Shown piece after piece: positions 8,481 to 17,777 of a stretch of 34,641 nucleotides of DNA. The translations under genes were made by a program, and so were the position numbers. Each line of letters begins with the position of its first letter. Within the stretch, counting starts at the first letter, position 1. This DNA comes from Eubacteriales bacterium (GTDB lineage Bacteria; Bacillota; Clostridia; Oscillospirales; CAG-272). The stretch is taken from contig JAZQWK010000188.1 of the NCBI GenBank assembly GCA_045632325.1, positions 1 to 34,641 on the forward strand. Reading direction: 5' to 3'. The notes beneath the pieces were generated by a model. That model saw only the letters and a program-made list of their open reading frames with translations. It had not been told where the DNA came from and did not search any database.

Positions 8481-9530
8481 TTAACCGACGATACCGGATC
8501 TTTCGATACCCTGTACCAGGAATCTCTGACCGAAGAGGTAAACGACGATCAGGGGAGCCATAACCAGCAGACCGCAGGTATTTCTGATAGCGGAGATATA
8601 CAGGTCACCTGCCGCAAAGTCTGTATCGAGAGACTTGGGCGTCATGATGATATCGGGCATCAGCTTCATACCGGAGCTGGTGAAGAATACGGTGGTATAG
8701 AAGTCATCGGTCCACTGCCAGCAGAAGCCGAACAGGAAGATGGTAACCATCATCGGGACAGACAGCGGAATGATGATTCTGAAGAACGTCATGAACGTAC
8801 CGCAGCCGTCGAGATAAGCGGATTCTTCGAGTTCGTCCGGGACACCGCGATAGAACTGTCTCATCATGAAGATGTACAGACCGTTTCTGTAAGCCAGACC
8901 GGTGATGGAAAGCAGTGCCAAAGGCCAGTAGGAGTTGTTGAGGTTAATGGAAGTGAACGGGATCAGCTCAAGGCTTTCGGTTAAGCCGCCGCCCAGAAGG
9001 TTGAATACGCCGAGGATATCGAAGTATCTGAACTTCATGAACATGGACAGCTGCAGCGTCTGGTGCGGGATGACCATCGTCAGGACGACCAGTAAGAACA
9101 GGAGCATGGAGCCCTTGAACTTGAACTTTGCAAAACCGTAACCAATGAGAGAGCAGATAAAGGTCTGGGTAACACCGCAGAACAGAGAGAGTGCCAGCGT
9201 GTTGATAAACGCGGTACCGTACTTGGATTCAGCGATGATTGCCTTATACGTATCCAGCGTGGGGTACTTGGGAATGTACTTGACCGTAACGTCAATGAAG
9301 TCTTCCGGGCTCATGAAAGAACCGGTGATCTTAGAGAAGAACGGCATCAGAACGACGTAAGCAAGACCAAGCAGGATGATAAAGCGGAAGATCCACCATA
9401 CAACGGAGACGACAAAGTTTCCGGAAAGATACTTGATACGCATTCTTTCCTTCTTGGAGGTACGTTCGAAGTCTACTCTGATGGAATTTTTGGTTTCTTT
9501 TGTTACCTTAGGTGCATTTTGAGCATTCAT
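8481..9530 (-). CDS. Carbohydrate ABC transporter permease (MalG-like), second pair
   Basis: Multiple TM segments; GYGFAKFKF; EAA loop ELEESAYLDGCG..TFFRIIIPL. Confidence 0.92.
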   Translation of the reverse strand: MNAQNAPKVTKETKNSIRVDFERTSKKERMRIKYLSGNFVVSVVWWIFRFIILLGLAYVVLMPFFSKITGSFMSPEDFIDVTVKYIPKYPTLDTYKAIIAESKYGTAFINTLALSLFCGVTQTFICSLIGYGFAKFKFKGSMLLFLLVVLTMVIPHQTLQLSMFMKFRYFDILGVFNLLGGGLTESLELIPFTSINLNNSYWPLALLSITGLAYRNGLYIFMMRQFYRGVPDELEESAYLDGCGTFMTFFRIIIPLSVPMMVTIFLFGFCWQWTDDFYTTVFFTSSGMKLMPDIIMTPKSLDTDFAAGDLYISAIRNTCGLLVMAPLIVVYLFGQRFLVQGIERSGIVG

Positions 9531-9548
9531 CTTATGTTCCTCCTTTCT

Positions 9549-10532
9549 TTATCTTTCCTGACGCTGATAGAAGGTGTACGCAGAGAGGACACCCGCAACA
9601 GCGGCGATGATGAGCATAACGAGAATGAAGTACATCCAGGACATTGCGGAAGACAGAACGTTACCGCTGGGCTGGTCGTAGACCTGATCGATGTAGGTCA
9701 TAACCTGGTTGTCTGCGGATGTAAAGGAGTCGATAACCGTGTAGACAGTGTTAACGAGGATCATCGGGGAGATCATCGGAAGCGTAATCTTCCAGAAGGT
9801 TTCCCAAGTGGTCGCACCGTCGATCTGGCAGGACTCGTAAATTGCGGGGGAGATGGACTGCAGTGCAGAGAGGAAGATCAGCATCTGGACACCGGAGCGG
9901 TTAACGATATCATAGATATCGTTAACGAGTCCGACGACGTAGTTAAGCAGTTCTTCACCGATGACCATGTTACGGAACAGCTTCTGGACGTCCATCGCAG
10001 AAATAATCTGCGCAGACTGTTCAGCGCCGCCGTCACCCATGTCCATGGAAGAGGTGTTTTCCATGTACTGGAGCATCTGGTTCTGCTGGTCGATCTTATC
10101 GATAAGACCGGTAGACAGAATAACCGGGATAAAGAAGATCGCACGGAATGCTGCACGACCAACCATCTTTTCGTTCATCATGACAGCCATGAAGAGCGAG
10201 AAGATAACGATTGCGGGGATATCAAAGATCAGCTGCTGGATACCTGCAGTCAGCGTCTGAACGAACGTAGCATCGACGAACAGTGCTTCCTGGTAGTTAT
10301 CAAGACCGACCCATGTCAGACGGAAACCACCGCCGGTGACAATGTTGATTTTCGTAAAGGAGTACAGGATGGAATCGTAAACGATCGGAGCGTAAATAAT
10401 TACAAAGCCGATAATGAACGGAAGTACAAAGAGCCAACCTGCTCTGGATTTACGAGCGTCAAGAGAAGAGGCTTTTTTCTTCTTTTTCGGTGCTGCATTG
10501 ATTTTCTGCGGCGCCTGTTGAACGTTATTCAT
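9549..10532 (-). CDS. Carbohydrate ABC transporter permease (MalF-like), second pair
   Basis: GWLFVLPFIIGF, VGLDNY, FRAIFFIPVIL, EAA loop IYESCQIDGATTWETFWKITLP. Confidence 0.92.
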   Translation of the reverse strand: MNNVQQAPQKINAAPKKKKKASSLDARKSRAGWLFVLPFIIGFVIIYAPIVYDSILYSFTKINIVTGGGFRLTWVGLDNYQEALFVDATFVQTLTAGIQQLIFDIPAIVIFSLFMAVMMNEKMVGRAAFRAIFFIPVILSTGLIDKIDQQNQMLQYMENTSSMDMGDGGAEQSAQIISAMDVQKLFRNMVIGEELLNYVVGLVNDIYDIVNRSGVQMLIFLSALQSISPAIYESCQIDGATTWETFWKITLPMISPMILVNTVYTVIDSFTSADNQVMTYIDQVYDQPSGNVLSSAMSWMYFILVMLIIAAVAGVLSAYTFYQRQER

Positions 10533-10550
10533 TCATTACACCTCTCATTC

Positions 10551-13500
10551 TTAGTTGATTCTGATAAAGCTGAGTGCCTCAACCGTAACGGTCGGGTCAT
10601 CAGTCGTATCATCTTCGGTTCCGTTATCGCCCGTGGCAACGGTTACAGGGAAGTTATTGTAGTTGAGGTAGAATACGGTGCCGCCTTCGTATTCAACGCG
10701 GACGGTCTTACCGTTATCAACAAGCGTTCTGGACGCGATGTCGATAACTTCTTCTTCCTTAACTTCATCGAGTTCTTCTTCTTCCTCGGTTTCTTCGCCT
10801 TCAGTTGCTTCTTCTTCAACTTCACCTTCTGCTGCTTCGCCTTCAGCCTTATCTTCGGGCTTTGCGAATGCATCAGCTGCTGCCTGCTTTTCCTTTTCGA
10901 GTTCTGCAAGGCGTTCTTCCTCGAGTCTCTTTTCCTCGAGTTCAGCCTTCAGGACTTCGATTTCGGCTTCGAGTTCAGCAAGTTCTTCTGCATTGAGGAC
11001 GCGGTGAGCCTGAACGAATTCGTGACCGACGATCAGCTTGGTCTGCAGATCTGCGATTGCATCGTTGAGCTTGTTGTAAGCTGCAACAAGGTCTTCAAAC
11101 CAAATATCAAAGTCGATGGAGTAGTACTTGGAGAAGTCACCGTTGGTCTTGAGCTTTTCGGTGTTCTGATAGGAAAGCTGGAAGTACATACCTGCACCGT
11201 TTTCGATTGCCTTCAGGATCTGATAGTTCATATCACCGGCGTTGTTCATTGCCATACCGGCAAAGTTGACGTAGCCGTGGAGAACCATACCCATGAACGG
11301 AATCGTTTCGGAGGTGTTAAGGTATTCAGAAGAGTCAAGCGGAACGTTGAGGATGTGGTTGACGTAAGGCAGGGAGTAATAGTTACCTGCATCGGTCATG
11401 ACATCGCCGTATTCTTCCTTGATTCTTGCGAGGAGTTCGACGGTGTAATCCTTGTTGTCTTCGCGGTTGTACGGATCCTTCTTATCGAAGTCGGAGTTGA
11501 GGTACTCACCGAGCGTAGAAACAGAGATACCGGTCGGGTTGAGAGCCTTGAAGTTCTCGGTAAAGGTGTCATAGAAGTGTTCGAAGTATGCGGGAGTGAT
11601 TGCGAGCATGTAGGATCTCATGTACTGCTGGTACAGCGGATCGTACTCTCTCATGTTTGCATACTTGGTGTTCATCGTCTTGATGAGGTGCTGACGTCTG
11701 TTCAGACCATCGAAGACGGTGTTTTCAGCTGCGTCTGCCCAGACGAAGTCAAAGTCCGGATAAACGCCGATGCCCTTGGAGGATGCATAAGACAGGAAGT
11801 CCTGATAACCTTCTGCACCGCCAACGTTCTTTTCAACTTCTACGTTGTAGGGGAGGGTTGCCCAAAGACCGCCGTTAAAGAAACCGGTCAGTCTGTAGTT
11901 GATGTTTTCAATACCTTCGGCATTGAGCTGTTCGGTCATTGCCTTGAGGTCTTCAAACGTGGTAAGAGGAGTCTGAACTTCTACGGGGAAGGAGAGGATC
12001 TTTTCCTGGGTCGTAGCAGTACCGAACGCTTCGATGTACAGCGGAATGTCTTCCTGTACGTCGTCCTTGGTCAGTCTGGTGAGGATGCCCTTTTCTTCCA
12101 TGTAGTCACGGCAAGCGTTGACCATGCCCATGTAGCTGGTATCATAGTAAGAAGCGTTGCCGACGTCAATGTTGTTTTCTTCAGCATACTTCATGGAGTT
12201 GAGCATGGTGAAGCGGAGAGTGTAGTTACCGGTGTACTTACGCTTGGAGGTAACCGTCCACATTGCGGAGCCTGCGCCGCTGATCGCGTCAGCAATATCG
12301 TAGGTATCGCGCTGTCTGGGCGTAATGGTGGTCTTTACGTTGTCGTAGTTACAAGTACGACCGCCGGTTTCGGTAGAAATGCTTGCGAGAGCTTCGCCTT
12401 CTTCAATGATTGCGAAGAAGCCTCTGTCCTCATATGCGTAGGTCTTCTTAACTTCACGCTTCATTTCGTAATCGATGTAGTTACCGAAGATATCGTAGTA
12501 AGGATCAACGGGCGTGTTTACGATTTCCTGCGTGACGTTTGCGTAATTTTCGATGATACCGTAAACAGGAAGTCTAACGGATTCCTGATGTTCACCGGAA
12601 ATTTCATAGAATGCGTAGTCCTGACCGTAAACCTTACCGGTGACAGTCTTACCGGAGAGAGCCGCAAAGTCTTCAAAGCGGACGATCGTACCGGAACCGT
12701 CGGGAAGGAGCAGGTAACCGTCAAAGTTGTAGGAACCGCATCCGAAATAGGGGAGAATTTCAATGGAGGTCAGCTGATAAGCTGTGTCGTCAAAACGGAG
12801 ACCGTTGACGGGGAATCTGACGCGGAGAGTTCCGTCTTCCAGATAGTATTCCAGAGCCATCTTGAAGAGTGCGGGTGCCGTATTGGTACCTTCGTACTCC
12901 GTCATTTCATGGTCCTTGTCGAGTTCATCGTAGGTATACAGCGGGCAGTTTTCGAGGATGTAGCTTTCGATGAGGTTGAGTTCTCGGTCGGTAGCGTACG
13001 GGTCGAAGACGTAAACCGCCATCTTCTGCGTGATCGGGAAGGTTGCCATCATTTCCTTGACACCGCGGTCCGTCAGAGAAGGATCGTCGGGGTCCTTAAG
13101 GGAGTAGAATGCGTTCATCTTCTTGAGCGCGAATTCGTTACCCTGAAGGTTAGCAAGAATCTGTTCTTCGAAACGGGACTTTTCGATCTGTCTCGGAACC
13201 AGCTTACGAGTTTCTTCACGACCGATGGAGTATTCCACACGGACACCGTTCTTGATGTTCTTGACCTTGATCTGTTCTCTTTCTGCAGCTTCTTCAAAGC
13301 TGTAGTAGGTAGATTCCTTATCGTTGTCAAGATACTTGACGATGACCTGGGACAGCAGCTTGTTCTTAGTATCTTCAGAGGAAGTCTTGGATACGTCGTT
13401 GATGTTGTAGGGGTTGGAGAAAAGGGACTGCTGGAAAACATTGTCGCGGTACGCAATTTCTCCGGAGTACTTATCAACGTAGATAGAGTATCTGCCGTCT

Positions 13501-13694
13501 GCAGAGGTGACCATTTCGGTCATCGTAGCCAGCTTTTCTTCTGCAGTCTTGAAAACTTCCTGCAGATAATTGATGGTACTGGTTTCTTCAGCCTCTTCTT
13601 CCTTTGCGTCTGCCGCAGCAACGGGCAGAACGGTGAAGGTGCTGATGAGCATCAGGAATGCCAGAATTCCGGAAAGTAATCTGAATTTTTTCAT
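10551..13694 (-). CDS. Large secreted DUF5696-like protein with a putative glycoside-hydrolase-like TIM barrel
   Basis: Sec signal peptide. ILPYFG, GYLLLPDGSG, RLPVYGI, PLTTF, GFFNGG, GIGVYPDFDF, IPFMGMVLHG resemble the DUF5696 family as recalled, and the operon context is typical. Acidic coiled-coil insert near the C-terminus. Confidence 0.75.
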   Translation of the reverse strand: MKKFRLLSGILAFLMLISTFTVLPVAAADAKEEEAEETSTINYLQEVFKTAEEKLATMTEMVTSADGRYSIYVDKYSGEIAYRDNVFQQSLFSNPYNINDVSKTSSEDTKNKLLSQVIVKYLDNDKESTYYSFEEAAEREQIKVKNIKNGVRVEYSIGREETRKLVPRQIEKSRFEEQILANLQGNEFALKKMNAFYSLKDPDDPSLTDRGVKEMMATFPITQKMAVYVFDPYATDRELNLIESYILENCPLYTYDELDKDHEMTEYEGTNTAPALFKMALEYYLEDGTLRVRFPVNGLRFDDTAYQLTSIEILPYFGCGSYNFDGYLLLPDGSGTIVRFEDFAALSGKTVTGKVYGQDYAFYEISGEHQESVRLPVYGIIENYANVTQEIVNTPVDPYYDIFGNYIDYEMKREVKKTYAYEDRGFFAIIEEGEALASISTETGGRTCNYDNVKTTITPRQRDTYDIADAISGAGSAMWTVTSKRKYTGNYTLRFTMLNSMKYAEENNIDVGNASYYDTSYMGMVNACRDYMEEKGILTRLTKDDVQEDIPLYIEAFGTATTQEKILSFPVEVQTPLTTFEDLKAMTEQLNAEGIENINYRLTGFFNGGLWATLPYNVEVEKNVGGAEGYQDFLSYASSKGIGVYPDFDFVWADAAENTVFDGLNRRQHLIKTMNTKYANMREYDPLYQQYMRSYMLAITPAYFEHFYDTFTENFKALNPTGISVSTLGEYLNSDFDKKDPYNREDNKDYTVELLARIKEEYGDVMTDAGNYYSLPYVNHILNVPLDSSEYLNTSETIPFMGMVLHGYVNFAGMAMNNAGDMNYQILKAIENGAGMYFQLSYQNTEKLKTNGDFSKYYSIDFDIWFEDLVAAYNKLNDAIADLQTKLIVGHEFVQAHRVLNAEELAELEAEIEVLKAELEEKRLEEERLAELEKEKQAAADAFAKPEDKAEGEAAEGEVEEEATEGEETEEEEELDEVKEEEVIDIASRTLVDNGKTVRVEYEGGTVFYLNYNNFPVTVATGDNGTEDDTTDDPTVTVEALSFIRIN

Positions 13695-13713
13695 TATTTA
13701 GCTCCTTTCCGAA

Positions 13714-15852
13714 TTAAATACGGTACGAAATTTCGATGACGATTGCGGTAACGAAAGACACGATGTTGTTAGCAAGACCGGAGAAGAGGACTGCGACGAA
13801 CATGATGAACGCCATACCGACGATCGTGCATACGCACATGATGAGGTTCTTACCGAAGGTATAGTCGTGAGTGACCATGGAACCGAACACGATCAGCAGA
13901 CCGACCCAGATGAAGGAGAAGGTCAGGAGCAGGTTCAGGATGGAAACTTCAGCAAGCGTCAGGAAGTGCGTGCAAATGGTAACGGGGAACATGAACAGCG
14001 GGATCGGAACGAGTGCATAACCGGTCGCGATGAAGATATCCTTGAAGGAGCCTTCGCCGTCGAACAGGGTGGTCAGACACCAGTTAGCGGATGCCCACAG
14101 CATGAACGGAACCATAATGGAGGTAATGGTTGCGAGGATGTTCATGTAAGAGTTGTAGGGATTGACGAGGTAGGAAGAACCGACAGACTTGTAAGTAAAT
14201 GCCAGGATCGTCATGCCGATGTAGAAGAACGCACCGCGAACGGAACCGCGCTTTTCGTGCTTCAGATCCCAGAAACCGTCGAACGGATGGAAGATTACCC
14301 AGAAGCCGTACATGATTTCTTCCCAGAAGGTACGCTTACCAACCTTGGTGTGACCCTTGACGTTGATAATGCCTGCGTACTTGAAGAAGAGGGAGTAGCC
14401 AACGATTGCAACGACGATAACAACGATTACAACCAGGACATACTTCTTGACCCATTCCTGACGCCACATAGCAAACGCTGCGGAGTAGTTCTCGGTATCG
14501 TACGCGGACTTGTAGTAATCCATTGCTTCTTCGTATTCACCGGATCTGTAAAGAGCCTTACCGATACCGATGTATGCTTCGTCGAAGTTGGAGTTTCTCT
14601 GGAGGATGTTTGTCCAGTCTTCCTGAGAAAGGTCATACTGTCTTTCTCTGTTGTGCTGGATAGCAGTCAGCAGAAGGTCGCCGTATTCGGTTCTCTTGTA
14701 AACCGTGATGTTGTTCGCGGTCTTGTCGAGAACGAGAATGTCGTTACCCTTGTAAGCAACTGCCTGGATGGAGGAAAGGTTACCGGTCTGCATACCGGAG
14801 TCGCCGAAGATGAACAGGAGCTTACCTTCTTCGTCGTAGGTGTAGATCTTCTGTCTCTTTTCGTCGATGATGGACCAAGTACCCTGCGGGCCGAGTGCAA
14901 CGTCGATGATCTTGGACGGACCGCCGATATCGTTGTTGGACGCGCCTGTGTTCATGACGGAAACTTCACCGCCGGGAGCGAAGAAGCCGTTTCTCTTCAG
15001 AATGTCGGAACCTGCGGTGTTCAGCTTCTTAACGGGAGCGTTACCTGCATCCTTGGAGCGGATAGCAGCCTGCTGAGCAGCTTCGTCGATAGAAGAGGTG
15101 GTGACGTAGATGAAGCCATCTTCGTCAATGGTGATGTTGTTAAATTCGGTGGAGACGTACTGGGTGGAGGTTTCACGCTGTTCCTTGGTCTGAATCTTTC
15201 TCCACAGAATATCGATTGCGGAGATGTTGACCTGCTGAGCACCGATAAAGCCCTGGAATTCTCCGTCGGGAGCGATGGAGATGACACCCATGTAGGTGGT
15301 GGAAGAAACGATGTACATTCTGCCCGCAGCGTCTACTGCCAGCGCAACCGGCTTGTAGATGGAGTTTTCCGGGAAGACGTCAGATCTCGGTTCTTCGATG
15401 GTATCGACGTATTCGCCTTCGAGGTCGAACAGAACGATACGGTTGTTATCGGTATCTGCAACGTAGATGTACTCATCGGTAACGAACACACCCTGCGGGT
15501 TCTTCAGGCTGTCCGGAACACCCTGATTGTTCGTGAATTCCTTGATTTCAAACGTATACTGAATGTAACGGTTGCAGACGATGATTCTGTTGTTGGTTGC
15601 ATCCGCGATGTAGATCTTGTTGTTCTTGTCAACGAAAAGGTCACGGGGAGAGTCCATCGGAAGAGCTTCGTCAAGACCCATTGCTGCGGAGTCAACAATC
15701 ATATCAGGAGTATAAGCGTCGGGGGATGCTGCGTACATACCATCGATATCGTAGGTGTAGGTGGAGTACGGCGTGATTGCCATAACGGACAGGGAGCCGA
15801 ACACCATCAGACAAACCATAACGAGGGTAATCAGTCTTAAAATATTCTTCAT
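13714..15852 (-). CDS. NHL-repeat beta-propeller + TPR-like + Yip1-like multi-pass membrane protein
   Basis: Signal peptide; NHL repeats (PRDLFVD..IYIADATNNRI, PQGVFVT..IYVADTDNNRI, PVALAVD.AGRMYI); TPR-like AYIGIGKALYRSGEYEEAMDYY; TM helix; HPFDGFWDLK followed by about five TM segments. Confidence 0.85.
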   Translation of the reverse strand: MKNILRLITLVMVCLMVFGSLSVMAITPYSTYTYDIDGMYAASPDAYTPDMIVDSAAMGLDEALPMDSPRDLFVDKNNKIYIADATNNRIIVCNRYIQYTFEIKEFTNNQGVPDSLKNPQGVFVTDEYIYVADTDNNRIVLFDLEGEYVDTIEEPRSDVFPENSIYKPVALAVDAAGRMYIVSSTTYMGVISIAPDGEFQGFIGAQQVNISAIDILWRKIQTKEQRETSTQYVSTEFNNITIDEDGFIYVTTSSIDEAAQQAAIRSKDAGNAPVKKLNTAGSDILKRNGFFAPGGEVSVMNTGASNNDIGGPSKIIDVALGPQGTWSIIDEKRQKIYTYDEEGKLLFIFGDSGMQTGNLSSIQAVAYKGNDILVLDKTANNITVYKRTEYGDLLLTAIQHNRERQYDLSQEDWTNILQRNSNFDEAYIGIGKALYRSGEYEEAMDYYKSAYDTENYSAAFAMWRQEWVKKYVLVVIVVIVVAIVGYSLFFKYAGIINVKGHTKVGKRTFWEEIMYGFWVIFHPFDGFWDLKHEKRGSVRGAFFYIGMTILAFTYKSVGSSYLVNPYNSYMNILATITSIMVPFMLWASANWCLTTLFDGEGSFKDIFIATGYALVPIPLFMFPVTICTHFLTLAEVSILNLLLTFSFIWVGLLIVFGSMVTHDYTFGKNLIMCVCTIVGMAFIMFVAVLFSGLANNIVSFVTAIVIEISYRI

Positions 15853-15869
15853 GTTTTACCCTCCTTGGA

Positions 15870-16745
15870 TTAGTCTTTCATACCGGAAGATCCCATGGTT
15901 TCGATGATGTTGGACTGCGTGATGACGAAGACCGTGATCGGGACGATCATCATGATGACCGTAGAAGCGGCACCGGCACCTGCACGGACAATACCACCGG
16001 CAAGGATCTGGCTGATAGCGTAGTTGAACGTCTTGAGTTCCTCAGAATAGATGTAAATAGAAGTACCGGAGTTCCACAGACCCTGGAAGGAGTAAACGAT
16101 CAGGGTCAGCCACGCGGGCTTAACCATCGGCATTGCGATCGTTAAGAAGGTTCTGAATTCACTTGCACCGTCAAGACGGGAGGATTCGAGGACCGCGTCG
16201 GAGACAGAGGATTCCATGAACTGCTTCATGAGGTACAGACCCAGCGTAGAAGCGAAGGTCGGGATGATGATTGCGAGGTAGGTGTCAACCCAACCGAGAG
16301 CGGTCATAACGATGAAGTTACAGATACCGGTAACGGTGGAGTTGAACATCAGGGAGAGGACGATCGTCTGGAAGAAGAATTCACGTCCGGGGAACTTGAT
16401 CTTCGCGAGCGAGTAAGCTGCGAGAGAGGAGAGGATCAGGTTACCGGTTGTACCGACAACAGAGATCATAACGGTGTTGAAGATATAACGGGAGAACGGG
16501 ACCCAGGAGGTGCTCATCAGTCGGAAGAGGTCACCGAAGTTCTTCAGCGTCGGGTTGACAACGTAGAATCTCGGCGGGAAGATCCAAAGCTCATCAAGGG
16601 GCTTCAGCGCCTGCATGATCGCGTAGACCATGGGGAGGAACATGAATGCACCGAGGAGGACGAGCATGACCGTAATACCGGCGTCACCACCGGCGGAACG
16701 GTTGAGGACAACTTTATGATTTCTTGATCTTAACTTCTTGCTCAT
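15870..16745 (-). CDS. Carbohydrate ABC transporter permease (MalG-like), first pair
   Basis: ALKPLDEL, AAYSLAKIKFPG, EAA loop VLESSRLDGASEFRTFLTIAMP. Confidence 0.92.
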   Translation of the reverse strand: MSKKLRSRNHKVVLNRSAGGDAGITVMLVLLGAFMFLPMVYAIMQALKPLDELWIFPPRFYVVNPTLKNFGDLFRLMSTSWVPFSRYIFNTVMISVVGTTGNLILSSLAAYSLAKIKFPGREFFFQTIVLSLMFNSTVTGICNFIVMTALGWVDTYLAIIIPTFASTLGLYLMKQFMESSVSDAVLESSRLDGASEFRTFLTIAMPMVKPAWLTLIVYSFQGLWNSGTSIYIYSEELKTFNYAISQILAGGIVRAGAGAASTVIMMIVPITVFVITQSNIIETMGSSGMKD

Positions 16746-16746
16746 A

Positions 16747-17709
16747 TTACTGTCCCACCTTCGAAAGCAATTTCTTGATAAGGGCGTTAGCGCCGACCAT
16801 CATGAAGAACAGAATGGTAGCGATTGCGGAGGAGTAACCGACCTCAAAACGCTGTCCACCGTAGTCTTCCAGGTGGTGCATGATCGTATGTGCGGCATAG
16901 TCGACAGACGGGAAGCCGCAAAGTGCGGTAACGATACCACCGAAACCGAAGGAGCCGGTGATTGCCATGACAGCACCGAACATCAGCTGGGGCTTCATGA
17001 CAGGCAGGGTGATGTACCAAAGTTCCTGCCATCTGTTCTTGATACCGTCAACGGCAGCTGCTTCGTAAAGGCTCTTATCAACGGTCTGAAGACCTGCGAT
17101 AAAGGAAAGGAATGCAGTACCGAGGGAGGTCCAAAGTGCAACGACGATACACAGAGGCATAACGTAATCTGCATTCTGGAAGAACTGGATCGGTTCAGCG
17201 ATGAAGCCAAGCTGCATCAGCCAACCGTTGACCCAACCGTATGCGTCACCGGAGAACAGGGTTGCCCAAATGGTGTAAACCTGACCGGAGATGGACGGTG
17301 CGTAGAAGACCAGCGTGACGATTGCACGGATCTTCGGAGGAAGCTCGTTGATGAACCATGCAACGAGGAACGAAAGCAGGTACGAAACCGGACCTGTGAT
17401 CGCTGCAAAGATGAACGTATTCTTAACTGCGAGCAGGAAGATATCGTCATCGAGGAACAGGCGGATGTAGTTGTCAAGGAAGACAAATACCGGAGGTTCC
17501 AGCATGTTAAATGTCGTGAAGCTGAGGACAATCGACAGGACAACGGGCAGAATCGTAAAGGTAAGGAAGAGAATGTAGAACGGCGCCAGCATGACGTAAC
17601 CGATGTAGTTTCTCTTCATTTCCTTAATCGTCCATTGAGCCATCGTCATGTCCTTACGCGATACCGGCTTTTTGGATTCAGGGGTAGCAGCCGCGGTATT
17701 CTGAGACAT
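16747..17709 (-). CDS. Carbohydrate ABC transporter permease (MalF-like), first pair
   Basis: TM segments; FYAPSISG; EAA loop LYEAAAVDGIKNRWQELWYITLP. ATG 17709 follows TAAGGAG. Confidence 0.92.
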   Translation of the reverse strand: MSQNTAAATPESKKPVSRKDMTMAQWTIKEMKRNYIGYVMLAPFYILFLTFTILPVVLSIVLSFTTFNMLEPPVFVFLDNYIRLFLDDDIFLLAVKNTFIFAAITGPVSYLLSFLVAWFINELPPKIRAIVTLVFYAPSISGQVYTIWATLFSGDAYGWVNGWLMQLGFIAEPIQFFQNADYVMPLCIVVALWTSLGTAFLSFIAGLQTVDKSLYEAAAVDGIKNRWQELWYITLPVMKPQLMFGAVMAITGSFGFGGIVTALCGFPSVDYAAHTIMHHLEDYGGQRFEVGYSSAIATILFFMMVGANALIKKLLSKVGQ

Positions 17710-17777
17710 GTGATTCACTCCTTATTTTTCAGATTTTTGAAAACGAATTTGTTTGCACAATTGCTGATTGGAAGAAC

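Noticed and set aside
10745-10995. TTC/CTT-rich repetitive DNA as a tandem repeat or CRISPR-like array
   Set aside because: It reflects Glu codons in an acidic protein segment; there is no repeat-spacer periodicity.
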